A stretch of DNA of 64,000 nucleotides from Rhizobacter sp. (GTDB lineage: Bacteria > Pseudomonadota > Gammaproteobacteria > Burkholderiales > Burkholderiaceae_C). Both the position numbers and the translations under genes were made by a program. Positions 54,274 to 63,069 of the stretch are shown here, in pieces. Each line of letters opens with the position of its first letter. The first letter of the stretch is position 1. The notes under the pieces were generated by a model that did no database searches, was not told the DNA's origin, and saw only the letters and a program-made list of their open reading frames with translations. The stretch lies in contig JANXZA010000072.1 in assembly GCA_025355745.1 (NCBI GenBank), positions 12,850 through 76,849 of the forward strand, written 5' to 3'.

Positions 54274-54332
54274 TCTGAATTCAGAGTGCTAATATCAGGG
54301 CTATCCCTAGTCGAACTCTGAATTCAGAGTTC
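54274..54332. promoter_or_regulatory. Two palindromic operators in the TRAP / CoA-ligase divergent promoter
   Basis: TCTGAATTCAGA at 54274-54285 and a perfect 20-bp GAACTCTGAATTCAGAGTTC at 54313-54332. Confidence 0.75.
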
Positions 54333-54383
54333 TAACATTAACTCATCTGCGGCGCTCTGCAACGCCCCTGAAGGAGACCTCCC

Positions 54384-55946
54384 ATGAACCATCTGCTGAC
54401 CGTGGCCGACGCTGTGGCAGCGCATGCACGCCTGCAGCCGCAGAAGGTCGGCGCCCGCGATTCGCGGCGCGCGCTGACCTTCGCCCAGTGGCACGAACGC
54501 GCCAGCCGGCTGGCCAACGGCCTGCTCGCGCTGGGTCTGGTGAAGGGCGACCGCGTGGCGCTGCTGGCCTACAACTGCATCGAGTGGATGGAGATGTATG
54601 CCGCCCTGGCGCGCGCCGGTCTGGTGGCGGTGCCGATCAATTTCCGGCTCACCGCGCCGGAGATCGCCTACATCGCCACGCACTGCGAGGCGCGTGCCTT
54701 CATCGTGCAGCAGGAACTGCTCGATCACGTCGATTCGATCCGCCCCGATCTGACCATTGAGCCCCACGCGTACATCAACATCGGCGCCGCGGCTGCCCCC
54801 GGCTGGCAAGGCTACGAGGCACTGATTGAAGGCGCCGGCACGCAAGACCCGCCGCAGGCCGTTCTACCGGCCGACCCGTGCGCGCTGATGTACACCTCGG
54901 GCACGACCGGGCGACCGAAGGGCGCCATCCGCAGCCACGAAGGCAACACGCTGATCGCACTGGCGACGGCGCTGGAGATGGGCTTCACGCGCCATGACAC
55001 GGCGCTGCTGGTGATGCCGATGTGCCATGCCAACTCGCTGTACTTCAGCCACACCTTCGTTCACCTGGGCGCCACCTGCGTGATCGACGACCGCAAGAGC
55101 TTTGACCCCGAGGCGCTGCTGGCCACGCTGGCGCGCGAGAAGGTGACCTTCACCTCGCTGGTGCCGACCCACTACATCATGATGCTGGGCCTGCCCGAAG
55201 CCACCAAGGCGCGGTACGACGTGAGCGCAGTCGAAAAGCTGATGATCTCCTCGGCCCCGGCGCGCAAGGACACGAAACTCGCGATCCTGGAGCACTTCCG
55301 CAATGGCCGGCTTTACGAGTTGTACGGCTCCACCGAAGCCGGCTGGGTGACCTTGCTGCACCCCGAAGAGCAGATCGACAGGCTCGGTTCGGTGGGGCGC
55401 GAATGGGCCGGCTCCGGCGCCATCCGCATGCTTGACCCACAAGGCCACGAAGTGCCGGACGGCGAGGTCGGCGAGCTGCACTCGCGCACGCCCTACGTCT
55501 TCGACGGCTACTGGAAGGACGCGCAGAAGACGGCCGAATGCTTTCGCGACGGCTGGTGCTCGGTGGGCGACATGGCGCGCCGCGGCGAAGGCGGCTACAT
55601 CACGCTGGTGGATCGCAAGAGCAATATGATCATCAGCGGCGGCGAGAACATCTATCCGTCCGAGGTCGAAAGCATCTTTGGCGCGCACCCGCAGATCAAG
55701 GATGTGGCCATCATCGGCCTGCCGCACGAGAAGTGGGGCGAGGCCGTGCAGGCCGTCATCGTGCTCCACCTCGGGCAACAGGCCACGGCCGCACAAATGC
55801 TGGATTGGTGCCGCGGCCGCATGGCGGGCTACAAGCGCCCGCAGTCGGTGGTCTTCATCGCCGACCACGACATGCCGCGCACCGCCACCGGCAAGATCCT
55901 GCATCGCGTGTTGCGCGACCGGCTGAGCATGCAGGCCCTGAGTTGA
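54384..55946 (+). CDS. AMP-dependent acyl-CoA synthetase
   Basis: YTSGTTGRPKG, YGSTEAG, VGDMA, DRKSNMIISGGENIYP, GKIL; AGGAG RBS. Confidence 0.94.
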   Translation: MNHLLTVADAVAAHARLQPQKVGARDSRRALTFAQWHERASRLANGLLALGLVKGDRVALLAYNCIEWMEMYAALARAGLVAVPINFRLTAPEIAYIATHCEARAFIVQQELLDHVDSIRPDLTIEPHAYINIGAAAAPGWQGYEALIEGAGTQDPPQAVLPADPCALMYTSGTTGRPKGAIRSHEGNTLIALATALEMGFTRHDTALLVMPMCHANSLYFSHTFVHLGATCVIDDRKSFDPEALLATLAREKVTFTSLVPTHYIMMLGLPEATKARYDVSAVEKLMISSAPARKDTKLAILEHFRNGRLYELYGSTEAGWVTLLHPEEQIDRLGSVGREWAGSGAIRMLDPQGHEVPDGEVGELHSRTPYVFDGYWKDAQKTAECFRDGWCSVGDMARRGEGGYITLVDRKSNMIISGGENIYPSEVESIFGAHPQIKDVAIIGLPHEKWGEAVQAVIVLHLGQQATAAQMLDWCRGRMAGYKRPQSVVFIADHDMPRTATGKILHRVLRDRLSMQALS

Positions 55947-56037
55947 CGGGCATCCGCCGGCCTCGCGCCTCAGCCTTCCCCGACGGCGCGAGAATGTGCT
56001 CTTGTTTCTTTCAACGATCTGCAACGACCGGCGAAGC

Positions 56038-56730
56038 ATGAAGGCCCTTACGACCCAGCCCAACCTCGTGGAGCAAGTCCGCGATGCGGTGCTCGACGAA
56101 ATCACCTCCGGTCACCTGGCGCCGGGCGAGCGCATCATCCAGGAGCAGATCGCGCAGGCGCTGGGCGTGTCGCGCCAGCCGGTCCAGCAAGCGCTGATGC
56201 TGCTGCGCAACCAGGGTGTGCTGCACGACGCGCCGGGCCGCGGCCTGCTCGTCGCGTCGCTGGACCCGGAGCATGTGGGCCACATGTACGACATGCGCGC
56301 GGTGATTGAAGGCCTGGCCTGCCGCCGCGCGGCGCAAACCGGCGCCGAACGCGCCGCCAAGCTCGGGCCGGCATTGATCGAAGCCGGGCGCAAGGCTGTG
56401 GCCAGCGGCTCGGTCGCGAAGATGATTGCCGCCGACATGAAGTTCCACGAATTTCTCTACGCGCTGTCGGGCAATCCGCTGGTCGGGCCGGCACTTGCGA
56501 CGCACCTGACCTACACGCAGCGGGTGATGGGCGAGGTGCTGCTGCGCGACGAGAAGCCGCGCAACATCTGGGACCAGCATGCCGAGATCCTCGACGCGAT
56601 CTGTCGCCAGGACGCGCAGCGTGCCGAGGCTCTGGTGCGCCAGCACATCACGCAGGCATCGGGCTTCATGGTGTCAAGGTTGCGCGGTGATGCGGCCGGC
56701 GCGCCTGGTGCAGCCGGTGCAGCCGGATAA
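56038..56730 (+). CDS. GntR (FCD) family transcriptional regulator, paralog 2
   Basis: NLVEQVRDAVLDEITSGHLAPGERI..LGVSRQPVQQAL; long identical stretches shared with 42875-43528 (e.g. LGPALIEAGRKAVASGSV, TQRVMGEVL). Confidence 0.93.
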   Translation: MKALTTQPNLVEQVRDAVLDEITSGHLAPGERIIQEQIAQALGVSRQPVQQALMLLRNQGVLHDAPGRGLLVASLDPEHVGHMYDMRAVIEGLACRRAAQTGAERAAKLGPALIEAGRKAVASGSVAKMIAADMKFHEFLYALSGNPLVGPALATHLTYTQRVMGEVLLRDEKPRNIWDQHAEILDAICRQDAQRAEALVRQHITQASGFMVSRLRGDAAGAPGAAGAAG

Positions 56731-56817
56731 CCAACGGCTGCAGCGTCGCTTCAGTGCGAACCTGCCGCAGCTTGAGGCGGCAACGTCGATGCCAGATGCG
56801 AATTCGCACCCCGTCGT

Positions 56818-58005
56818 TCAGCTGTCCACCTTGAAGACCTGCCGAAGATAGGCTAGAAAGGTGTCGTCGTCGCACAGCAGCTTGCCCGGGCTGTCGGACA
56901 ACTTCGCCACCGGCTGGCGGTTTGCGTGCGTCAGCTTCATCACGATGTGCAGCGTGCGCAGCCCCATGTCGTTGGTCAGGTTGGTGCCGATGCCGAAGCC
57001 GCACTGGGTGCGGTCGGCGAAGTGTTGGTACAGCGCAATTGAGCGCTCGAAGTCGAGCCCGTCGGAGAACACCAGCCGCTTCGTGTGGGCGTCGATGCGC
57101 AGCTTCTCGTAGTGCGCCAGCGCCTTCTCGCCCCACAGCACCGGGTCGCCCGAGTCGTGCCGCAGGCCGTCGAAGAGCTTGGCGAAGTAGAGGTCGAAGT
57201 CGGCCAGGAAGGCGTCCATGCCGACCACGTCGGTGAGCGCGGTGCCGAGGTCGCCGCGGTATTCCTGAACCCAGTCTTCCAACGCGGCGCGCTGGAAGTC
57301 GCGCAGCCGAACGCCCAGCGTCTGGTAGGTCTGCAGGTACTCGTGGGCCATCGTGCCGATCGGCACCAGGTCGAGATCGCGGGCGTAGAGCACGTTCGAG
57401 CAGCCTTTGAAGAACTGCGGTACCTCGCGCTTGAAGGTGGCCACCACCTCGCGCTGCCAGTCGCCCGAGAAACGCCGGCGCACGCCGAAGTCGAAGAACT
57501 CGAACGGGTGGCGCAGCGCCGGCGTGGTCGCGAACCGGTTCAGGTGCTCGATCTTCGCGGCCAGCCGCTGCCGGCCCTCGCGCAGCGCGGCGGTCTGGTC
57601 GAAGCGCCGGAAGTAGAGCTCGTTGACGATCGCCAGAACATAGATCTCGAACGCCATCACATGCACCTGCGGGCCACTGGCGATGATCTCGAGTTGGTCG
57701 CCGACCGCGCGCGCGCTGATGAACTCGCGCTGGAAATGGAAGATGCGCAGGAAGTCGATGAAGTCCGACTTCATGAAGCGCCAACTGCCGAGGTAGGCCA
57801 GTTCGTCGGCGCGAAAACTCAATCCGCACAGGTGATCGAATTGCGCGTTGACCTCGTCCACCAGTTGCGCCAGCGGGTAGGTCGGCTCGTTGCGGCAGAC
57901 GAAGGTGTACTCGGCCTGCGTCTGCGGGTGCCGGTGCAGCATCGTCTGCCACATCGTGAACTTGTAGAGGTCGGTGTCGAGCAGGCTGTGGATGACGGGT
58001 TGCAT
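56818..58005 (-). CDS. pncB: Nicotinate phosphoribosyltransferase
   Basis: [47 protein letters not shown]. Confidence 0.96.
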   Translation of the reverse strand: MQPVIHSLLDTDLYKFTMWQTMLHRHPQTQAEYTFVCRNEPTYPLAQLVDEVNAQFDHLCGLSFRADELAYLGSWRFMKSDFIDFLRIFHFQREFISARAVGDQLEIIASGPQVHVMAFEIYVLAIVNELYFRRFDQTAALREGRQRLAAKIEHLNRFATTPALRHPFEFFDFGVRRRFSGDWQREVVATFKREVPQFFKGCSNVLYARDLDLVPIGTMAHEYLQTYQTLGVRLRDFQRAALEDWVQEYRGDLGTALTDVVGMDAFLADFDLYFAKLFDGLRHDSGDPVLWGEKALAHYEKLRIDAHTKRLVFSDGLDFERSIALYQHFADRTQCGFGIGTNLTNDMGLRTLHIVMKLTHANRQPVAKLSDSPGKLLCDDDTFLAYLRQVFKVDS

Positions 58006-58317
58006 CGTTCGTGTCTCGCGCGCGGAGGGCGTGGGCGGGGCACGGTGCAGCAGGGCAGGCCGCGCGCACCGCGTGGCCTGCATTCTCGCGCCGGTTCAAG
58101 CGGGCGGCGTTGCGCGCGAGCGCCAGAGTGCGATCAACTCGAACAGCCCACGCAGCAAGGCGGCGCCGAGTGCGAAGGGGCGCAATGGCAGCCGGCAGTG
58201 ATGGTGGATCAGGTTCATGGCGCCCGAACGTAGCTGGTCACGGTGACATTGGCGTGTCGTTTCGGTGACCGGTATTCAGCGCGGCACATCCGCAACCGCA
58301 GCACGGCGCCACGACCT

Positions 58318-59433
58318 ATGCTTGACGCCCCTGACAGCCACAGCACCGAGCGAGTGAACCTGCCCGAACTGAGCGAGCTGCAGCGCATCGTTGCCGATGG
58401 GGGCGCGCACCTGCAACAGCGCCTGATGTGCGAGGTGAGCGGCAGCGCGGCGCCGGGCGCGCCGCGCCTGCCGGTGCTCGCCATCACGCTCGGCAACCCG
58501 AGCCCGGAGGTGCCCGCCGTCGGCTTCTTCGGCGGCGTGCACGGGCTGGAGCGGATCGGCGCCGAAGTCGTGATCGCGCACCTGGCGAGCCTGGTGATGC
58601 GGCTGCGCTGGGACAGCAGCCTGCACCGCCAGCTCGAGTCGCTGCGCCTGGTCTTCATGCCGATCGTCAACCCCGGCGGGATGGCACGCGCCACCCGCGC
58701 GAACCCGAACGGCGTCGACCTGATGCGCAATGCGCCGGTGCAGGCCAGCGAGCCGGTGCCGTTCGGGGTTGGCGGCCAGCGCCGCAGCGCGCGTCTGCCG
58801 TGGTACCGCGGCGCGGCCGGCGCGCCGATGGAAGCCGAGAACCTGGCCGTGTGCCAGGTGGTGGAGGAAGAACTCCTGACGCGCGAGTTCAGCATGGTGG
58901 TCGACTGCCATTCCGGCTTCGGCACGCGCGACCGGGTCTGGTTTCCGCATGCGCACACGGCGCGGCCGATCGCGCACCTGGCGGAGGTGTATGCGTTCAA
59001 CCAGATCCTCGACCAGACGCATCCGCAGCACCGCTATGTGGTCGAGCCGCAGAGCCGGCAGTACCTGGCCCACGGCGACCTGTGGGACCACTTGTACCTG
59101 CGCTCGCTGACGCCCTGCGCAACCCGGCCGCAACGCACTTTCCTGCCGCTGACGCTGGAGATGGGCTCCTGGCTGTGGGTCAAGAAGAACCCGCGCCAGC
59201 TGTTCGCGCGCGGCGGGCTCTTCAACCCCTTGATCGAACACCGGCGCCAGCGCGTGCTGCGCCGCCATGGAGCGTGGCTCGACTTCGTGATGCGCGCCGC
59301 GCTCAGCCACCGCCGCTGGGCGCCGCAGGGCGCGGCACGGGCCGAGGCGCACGAGCGCGCGCTGGCGCGCTGGTACTGCGGCGGGTCGCTGGCACCGGCA
59401 CAAGCCGAAGGCCGACCATGGAACGGCGCGTGA
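58318..59433 (+). CDS. M14 family zinc carboxypeptidase-like protein
   Basis: GGVHGLE (HxxE), NPGG, NGVDLMRN, DCHSG, TLEMG. Confidence 0.88.
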   Translation: MLDAPDSHSTERVNLPELSELQRIVADGGAHLQQRLMCEVSGSAAPGAPRLPVLAITLGNPSPEVPAVGFFGGVHGLERIGAEVVIAHLASLVMRLRWDSSLHRQLESLRLVFMPIVNPGGMARATRANPNGVDLMRNAPVQASEPVPFGVGGQRRSARLPWYRGAAGAPMEAENLAVCQVVEEELLTREFSMVVDCHSGFGTRDRVWFPHAHTARPIAHLAEVYAFNQILDQTHPQHRYVVEPQSRQYLAHGDLWDHLYLRSLTPCATRPQRTFLPLTLEMGSWLWVKKNPRQLFARGGLFNPLIEHRRQRVLRRHGAWLDFVMRAALSHRRWAPQGAARAEAHERALARWYCGGSLAPAQAEGRPWNGA

Positions 59434-59444
59434 TGCGTGTCGAG

Positions 59445-59503
59445 TCAATTGCACCGAGTGAAACGCGCCGAGTGAAACGCGCCGAGTGAAAGCGGCCAAT
59501 TGA
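59445..59503. repeat. 3 x 14-bp tandem repeat bracketed by TCAATTG/CAATTGA
   Basis: CCGAGTGAAACGCG x2 plus CCGAGTGAAAGCGG at 59454-59495. Confidence 0.75.
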
Positions 59504-60351
59504 CCGGCCCGACCTGGATCCTGCTGCGCGGCCTGACGCGCGAACGGCGCCACTGGGGCAGCTTCGCGCAGACCTTTGCCGACGTGGTTCCGGCGGCCCG
59601 CGTGATCGCGCTCGACCTGCCCGGCAACGGCGCACTGTTCCGCCAGGCGAGCCCCTTGAACGTGGCCGACATGGCCCGGCACTGCCGGCGCGAACTGCAG
59701 CGCCTCGACGTGGCGCCGCCCTACCACCTGCTGGCGATGTCGCTCGGCGCGGTGGTCGCGACCGCGTGGGCCGCCCGCCACCCGCAGGAGCTGGCGGGTG
59801 CCGTGCTCATCAACACCAGCATGCGCCCGTTCAGCCCGCCGCAGCAGCGTTTGCGCCCGCGCAACCTGGGGCCGCTGCTGCGGTTGCTGCTCGCGGCGCC
59901 AGGCTCGCTCGAACGCGAGGAAACCGTGCTGCGCCTGACCAGCAACTTGCCGCAGCGCGATGCCGCTGTGCCCGCGCTGACGACGCTACCCGCGCCGACC
60001 GCGCTACCCGCGCCGACCGCGCTGACCGCCCTGATCACCGAATGGCCTGCGTGGCAGCGCGAGTGCCCGGTCTCGCGTGCCAACGCGCTGCGCCAGCTGT
60101 GGGCGGCCGCGCGCTGGCGGGCGCCGCACGCGCGGCCCGCCGTGGCGCTGCTGCTGCTGACGAGCACCGCCGATGCGCTGGTCGACACGCGCTGCTCGGT
60201 GCAGCTCGCGCGGCACTGGGGCTGCCCACTCGCGAGCCACCCGTGGGCCGGCCACGACCTGCCGCTCGACGACGCGCCATGGGTTGCCGAACAGGTGCGC
60301 GCGTGGCTGGCGAGCCAGCCGCAGCGCGATGCGGCGCTCATCCATACTTGA
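59500..60351 (+). CDS. Alpha/beta hydrolase
   Basis: WILLRGLTRE..HW, DLPGNG, AMSLGA elbow, GHDLPLDD; TTG start. Confidence 0.85.
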   Translation: MTGPTWILLRGLTRERRHWGSFAQTFADVVPAARVIALDLPGNGALFRQASPLNVADMARHCRRELQRLDVAPPYHLLAMSLGAVVATAWAARHPQELAGAVLINTSMRPFSPPQQRLRPRNLGPLLRLLLAAPGSLEREETVLRLTSNLPQRDAAVPALTTLPAPTALPAPTALTALITEWPAWQRECPVSRANALRQLWAAARWRAPHARPAVALLLLTSTADALVDTRCSVQLARHWGCPLASHPWAGHDLPLDDAPWVAEQVRAWLASQPQRDAALIHT

Positions 60352-60377
60352 CCCCTTGCCCGCGTGGACCGATCGAC

Positions 60378-62522
60378 ATGAAACCCATCGCCCTCGGTGC
60401 CTGCCTGTGCGCCAGCCTGCTGACCGCCTGCGTTCAGGCGCCCGTCGCCGAACGCGCGCCCGAGGCCCGGGCGGAAGCCGAAGCCGAAGCCGGCGCCATC
60501 CTGCGCGGCGTCGTGCCCGGCTTCGGTGGCGCGACGGTCTGCATCGACAGCAACCGCAATGCCCGCTGCGACGCCGGCGAGCCGAGCACCGTCAGCGATG
60601 GCAACGGCGGCTTCGAACTGCCCGGCAGCGGCCCGCTCGTCGCCGAAGCCACCGGCGATGCGCGCAGCCGCAGCGCCAGCGGCTCGAGCGCCATCGTGCT
60701 GCGTGCGCCGGCCGCTTTCAGTGGCGGCAGCCGGCCGGTGCTGAGCCCGGTGTCGACCGAGCTGGTGGCCTTGATGGACGCCAACGGCGGCTCGTTCTCG
60801 GCTGCCAGCGCCACCCTGGCCAACCGGCTGCGCGTGCCGATGGCGCAGTTGCTCGCCGACCCCGCGAAAGTGGCCGACCCGCAGATGCGCGGCGCCCTGC
60901 AGGCCGAGAACACGCTGCTGCTGCCGCGCATCGCCGCCGCCGTGGCGCAGGCCGGGCTGCGCGGCGACCGCGTCCAGGCACTGCGCGACCGGCTCGGGCT
61001 CGACAGCATCGACACGCTGGTCGTGATCTATGCCGAGAACCGCAGCTTCGACACGATGTACGGCCTGTTCCCCGGCGCCGACGGCATCCCCGGCCGCAAC
61101 CCGGCCTCGACTGGCAGCGCCTACCCGCAGCGCGATTTCGATGGCAGCGTGCTGGCCACCTTGCCACCGGTCTGGGGCGGTGTCAGCGGCCCGAACCAGC
61201 CGCCGACGTTGACGCAGTTGCAGACCGCCGGGATGCCGAACCGCATGTTCCAGATCGACGACCCGAAGGGCTTCAACGGCAGCGGCGTGACGGTGGGCGC
61301 CGACGTGACCACGCGCGATCTGGTGCACCGCTACTACAGCAACATGGCGCAGATCAACGGCGGGCGCAACGACGGCTTCGCGGCCTGGTCCGACGCCGGC
61401 GCGCTGAGCATGGGCTACTACGACGGCAGCGGCTCACGGCTGTGGGCGCTGGCGCAGCAGTACACGCTGGCCGACCACTTCTTCATGGGCGCGTTCGGTG
61501 GCTCGTTCCTGAACCACCAGTACCTGGTCTGCGCCTGCGCGCCGACCTATCCGAACGCCGATGCGCCCGACTCGCCGGCGAAGGACTCGGTGACGCTGAT
61601 CGAGACCGACGCCCAAGGCCGCTTCAAGCGCTTCGTGCCGGCCGACACGATGCCGGCCTCGGTGCTCGCAGGCCCGCCGCGCCACAAGCGCGACGGCGCG
61701 CTGACCCCGGCCGACGCGAGCGGCATGTTCCACGCCGTGAACACGATGCAGGCGGCCTACCAGCCGAGCTTCGTGGCCCCGGCGGCCGGCGCCGATGCGC
61801 GCTACGCCGACCCGGCCAAAGCCAGCACCTTGCCACCCCAAACCCAGGCCACGATCGGCGACCGGCTGGCCGCGAAGGGCGTGGCCTGGGCCTGGTATGC
61901 CGGCGCCTGGGCGGCGGCCAGCGCCGGCACGCCCGAGGCGCGCGCCATCATCTACGGTGGCAAGCCGCAGTTCCAGCCGCACCACCAGCCCTTCAACTAC
62001 TACGCCGGGTTCGACCCGGCCACGCAGGCCGCAGCACGCCGCCAGCACCTGCGCGATTTCGACCGCGCCTTTCTCGCCGACGCCGGCGCCGGCCGGCTGC
62101 CCGCCGTCACCTTCTACAAGCCGCAGGGGAATCTGAACCAGCACGCCGGCTATGCCAACCTGACTGAGGGCGACGCCCACATCGCCGATGTGATCCTGGC
62201 CCTGCAACGCAGCCCGCAGTGGGCCCGCATGCTGATCGTCGTCACCTATGACGAGAACGGCGGCTTCTACGACCACGCCGCCGTTCCGGCCGGCGACCGC
62301 TGGGGGCCGGGCACGCGCATCCCGGCCCTCATCGTCTCGCCGTTCGCGCGCCGCAGCTTCATCGACAAGACGCCGTATGACACCGGTTCGATCCTGCGCT
62401 TCATCACGCACCGCTGGTCGCTGGCGCCGCTGCCCGGCATCATCGAGCGCGACGCCGCGCTGCTGCGCAACGGCGAGGCGCCGATGGGTGACCTGAGCGC
62501 GGCGTTGACGTTCCCGCGTTGA
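60378..62522 (+). CDS. acpA: Lipoprotein acid phosphatase (AcpA/phosphoesterase family) with extra N-terminal domain
   Basis: LTAC lipobox; IYAENRSFD, DLVHRYY, GGSFLNHQ, NQHAGY, TYDENGGFYDH, WGPGTRIP. Confidence 0.88.
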   Translation: MKPIALGACLCASLLTACVQAPVAERAPEARAEAEAEAGAILRGVVPGFGGATVCIDSNRNARCDAGEPSTVSDGNGGFELPGSGPLVAEATGDARSRSASGSSAIVLRAPAAFSGGSRPVLSPVSTELVALMDANGGSFSAASATLANRLRVPMAQLLADPAKVADPQMRGALQAENTLLLPRIAAAVAQAGLRGDRVQALRDRLGLDSIDTLVVIYAENRSFDTMYGLFPGADGIPGRNPASTGSAYPQRDFDGSVLATLPPVWGGVSGPNQPPTLTQLQTAGMPNRMFQIDDPKGFNGSGVTVGADVTTRDLVHRYYSNMAQINGGRNDGFAAWSDAGALSMGYYDGSGSRLWALAQQYTLADHFFMGAFGGSFLNHQYLVCACAPTYPNADAPDSPAKDSVTLIETDAQGRFKRFVPADTMPASVLAGPPRHKRDGALTPADASGMFHAVNTMQAAYQPSFVAPAAGADARYADPAKASTLPPQTQATIGDRLAAKGVAWAWYAGAWAAASAGTPEARAIIYGGKPQFQPHHQPFNYYAGFDPATQAAARRQHLRDFDRAFLADAGAGRLPAVTFYKPQGNLNQHAGYANLTEGDAHIADVILALQRSPQWARMLIVVTYDENGGFYDHAAVPAGDRWGPGTRIPALIVSPFARRSFIDKTPYDTGSILRFITHRWSLAPLPGIIERDAALLRNGEAPMGDLSAALTFPR

Positions 62523-62601
62523 TGCTGCCCAACGGTCCGCCGCGCGATCCGCAAGCAATCTTAAGACCGCCCGAACTCAATCTCACCCAAGGAGCGACCC
62601 C

Positions 62602-63036
62602 ATGACCCGCGCCATCGTTTTCTTTCTCGTGCTGGTGTTTGTTGGCCTGTTCGCGCTGATCAACTGGACCGTCTTCAGCGCCCTCACGTCGCTGTCGCTC
62701 GGCTTCACCACCGTGCAGGCGCCGCTCGGCCTGATCATGCTGGGGCTGATCGCCTTCCTGTGCGTGCTGTTCACCGTCTGGGTGATCTCGCTGCAGGCAA
62801 ACTCGCTGATGGACGCGCGCCGCCAGACCAAGGAATTGCAGGCCCAGCGCGACCTCGCCGACAAGGCCGAGGCCTCGCGCTTCACTGAGCTGCGCAGCGA
62901 ACTGCTGGCCCGGCTCGACCGGCTGCAGCGCGAGTCGGCCCTGATGCTGGAACAAAGCGGCAACGCGGTCGCCGCGCACATCGGCCAACTCGAAGACCGG
63001 CTCGAACGGGCCCGGCTGCTGGCGCCGGGCCCCTGA
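62602..63036 (+). CDS. Small membrane protein, LapA/DUF1049-like with C-terminal coiled coil
   Basis: Two TM segments, SLSLG..APLGLIMLG; AAGGAG RBS. Confidence 0.7.
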   Translation: MTRAIVFFLVLVFVGLFALINWTVFSALTSLSLGFTTVQAPLGLIMLGLIAFLCVLFTVWVISLQANSLMDARRQTKELQAQRDLADKAEASRFTELRSELLARLDRLQRESALMLEQSGNAVAAHIGQLEDRLERARLLAPGP

Positions 63037-63069
63037 CTTCAGGCTGAATCCAGGCCGAGCTTTATCCGG

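Noticed and set aside
59445-59503. CRISPR array (also considered for the 47209-47261 repeats and the family A elements)
   Set aside because: Units are directly adjacent without unique spacers, too short, and no cas genes are present.
59766-60377. N-terminal extension of the phosphatase ORF
   Set aside because: Overlaps the alpha/beta hydrolase in another frame; a lipoprotein signal starts at 60378.
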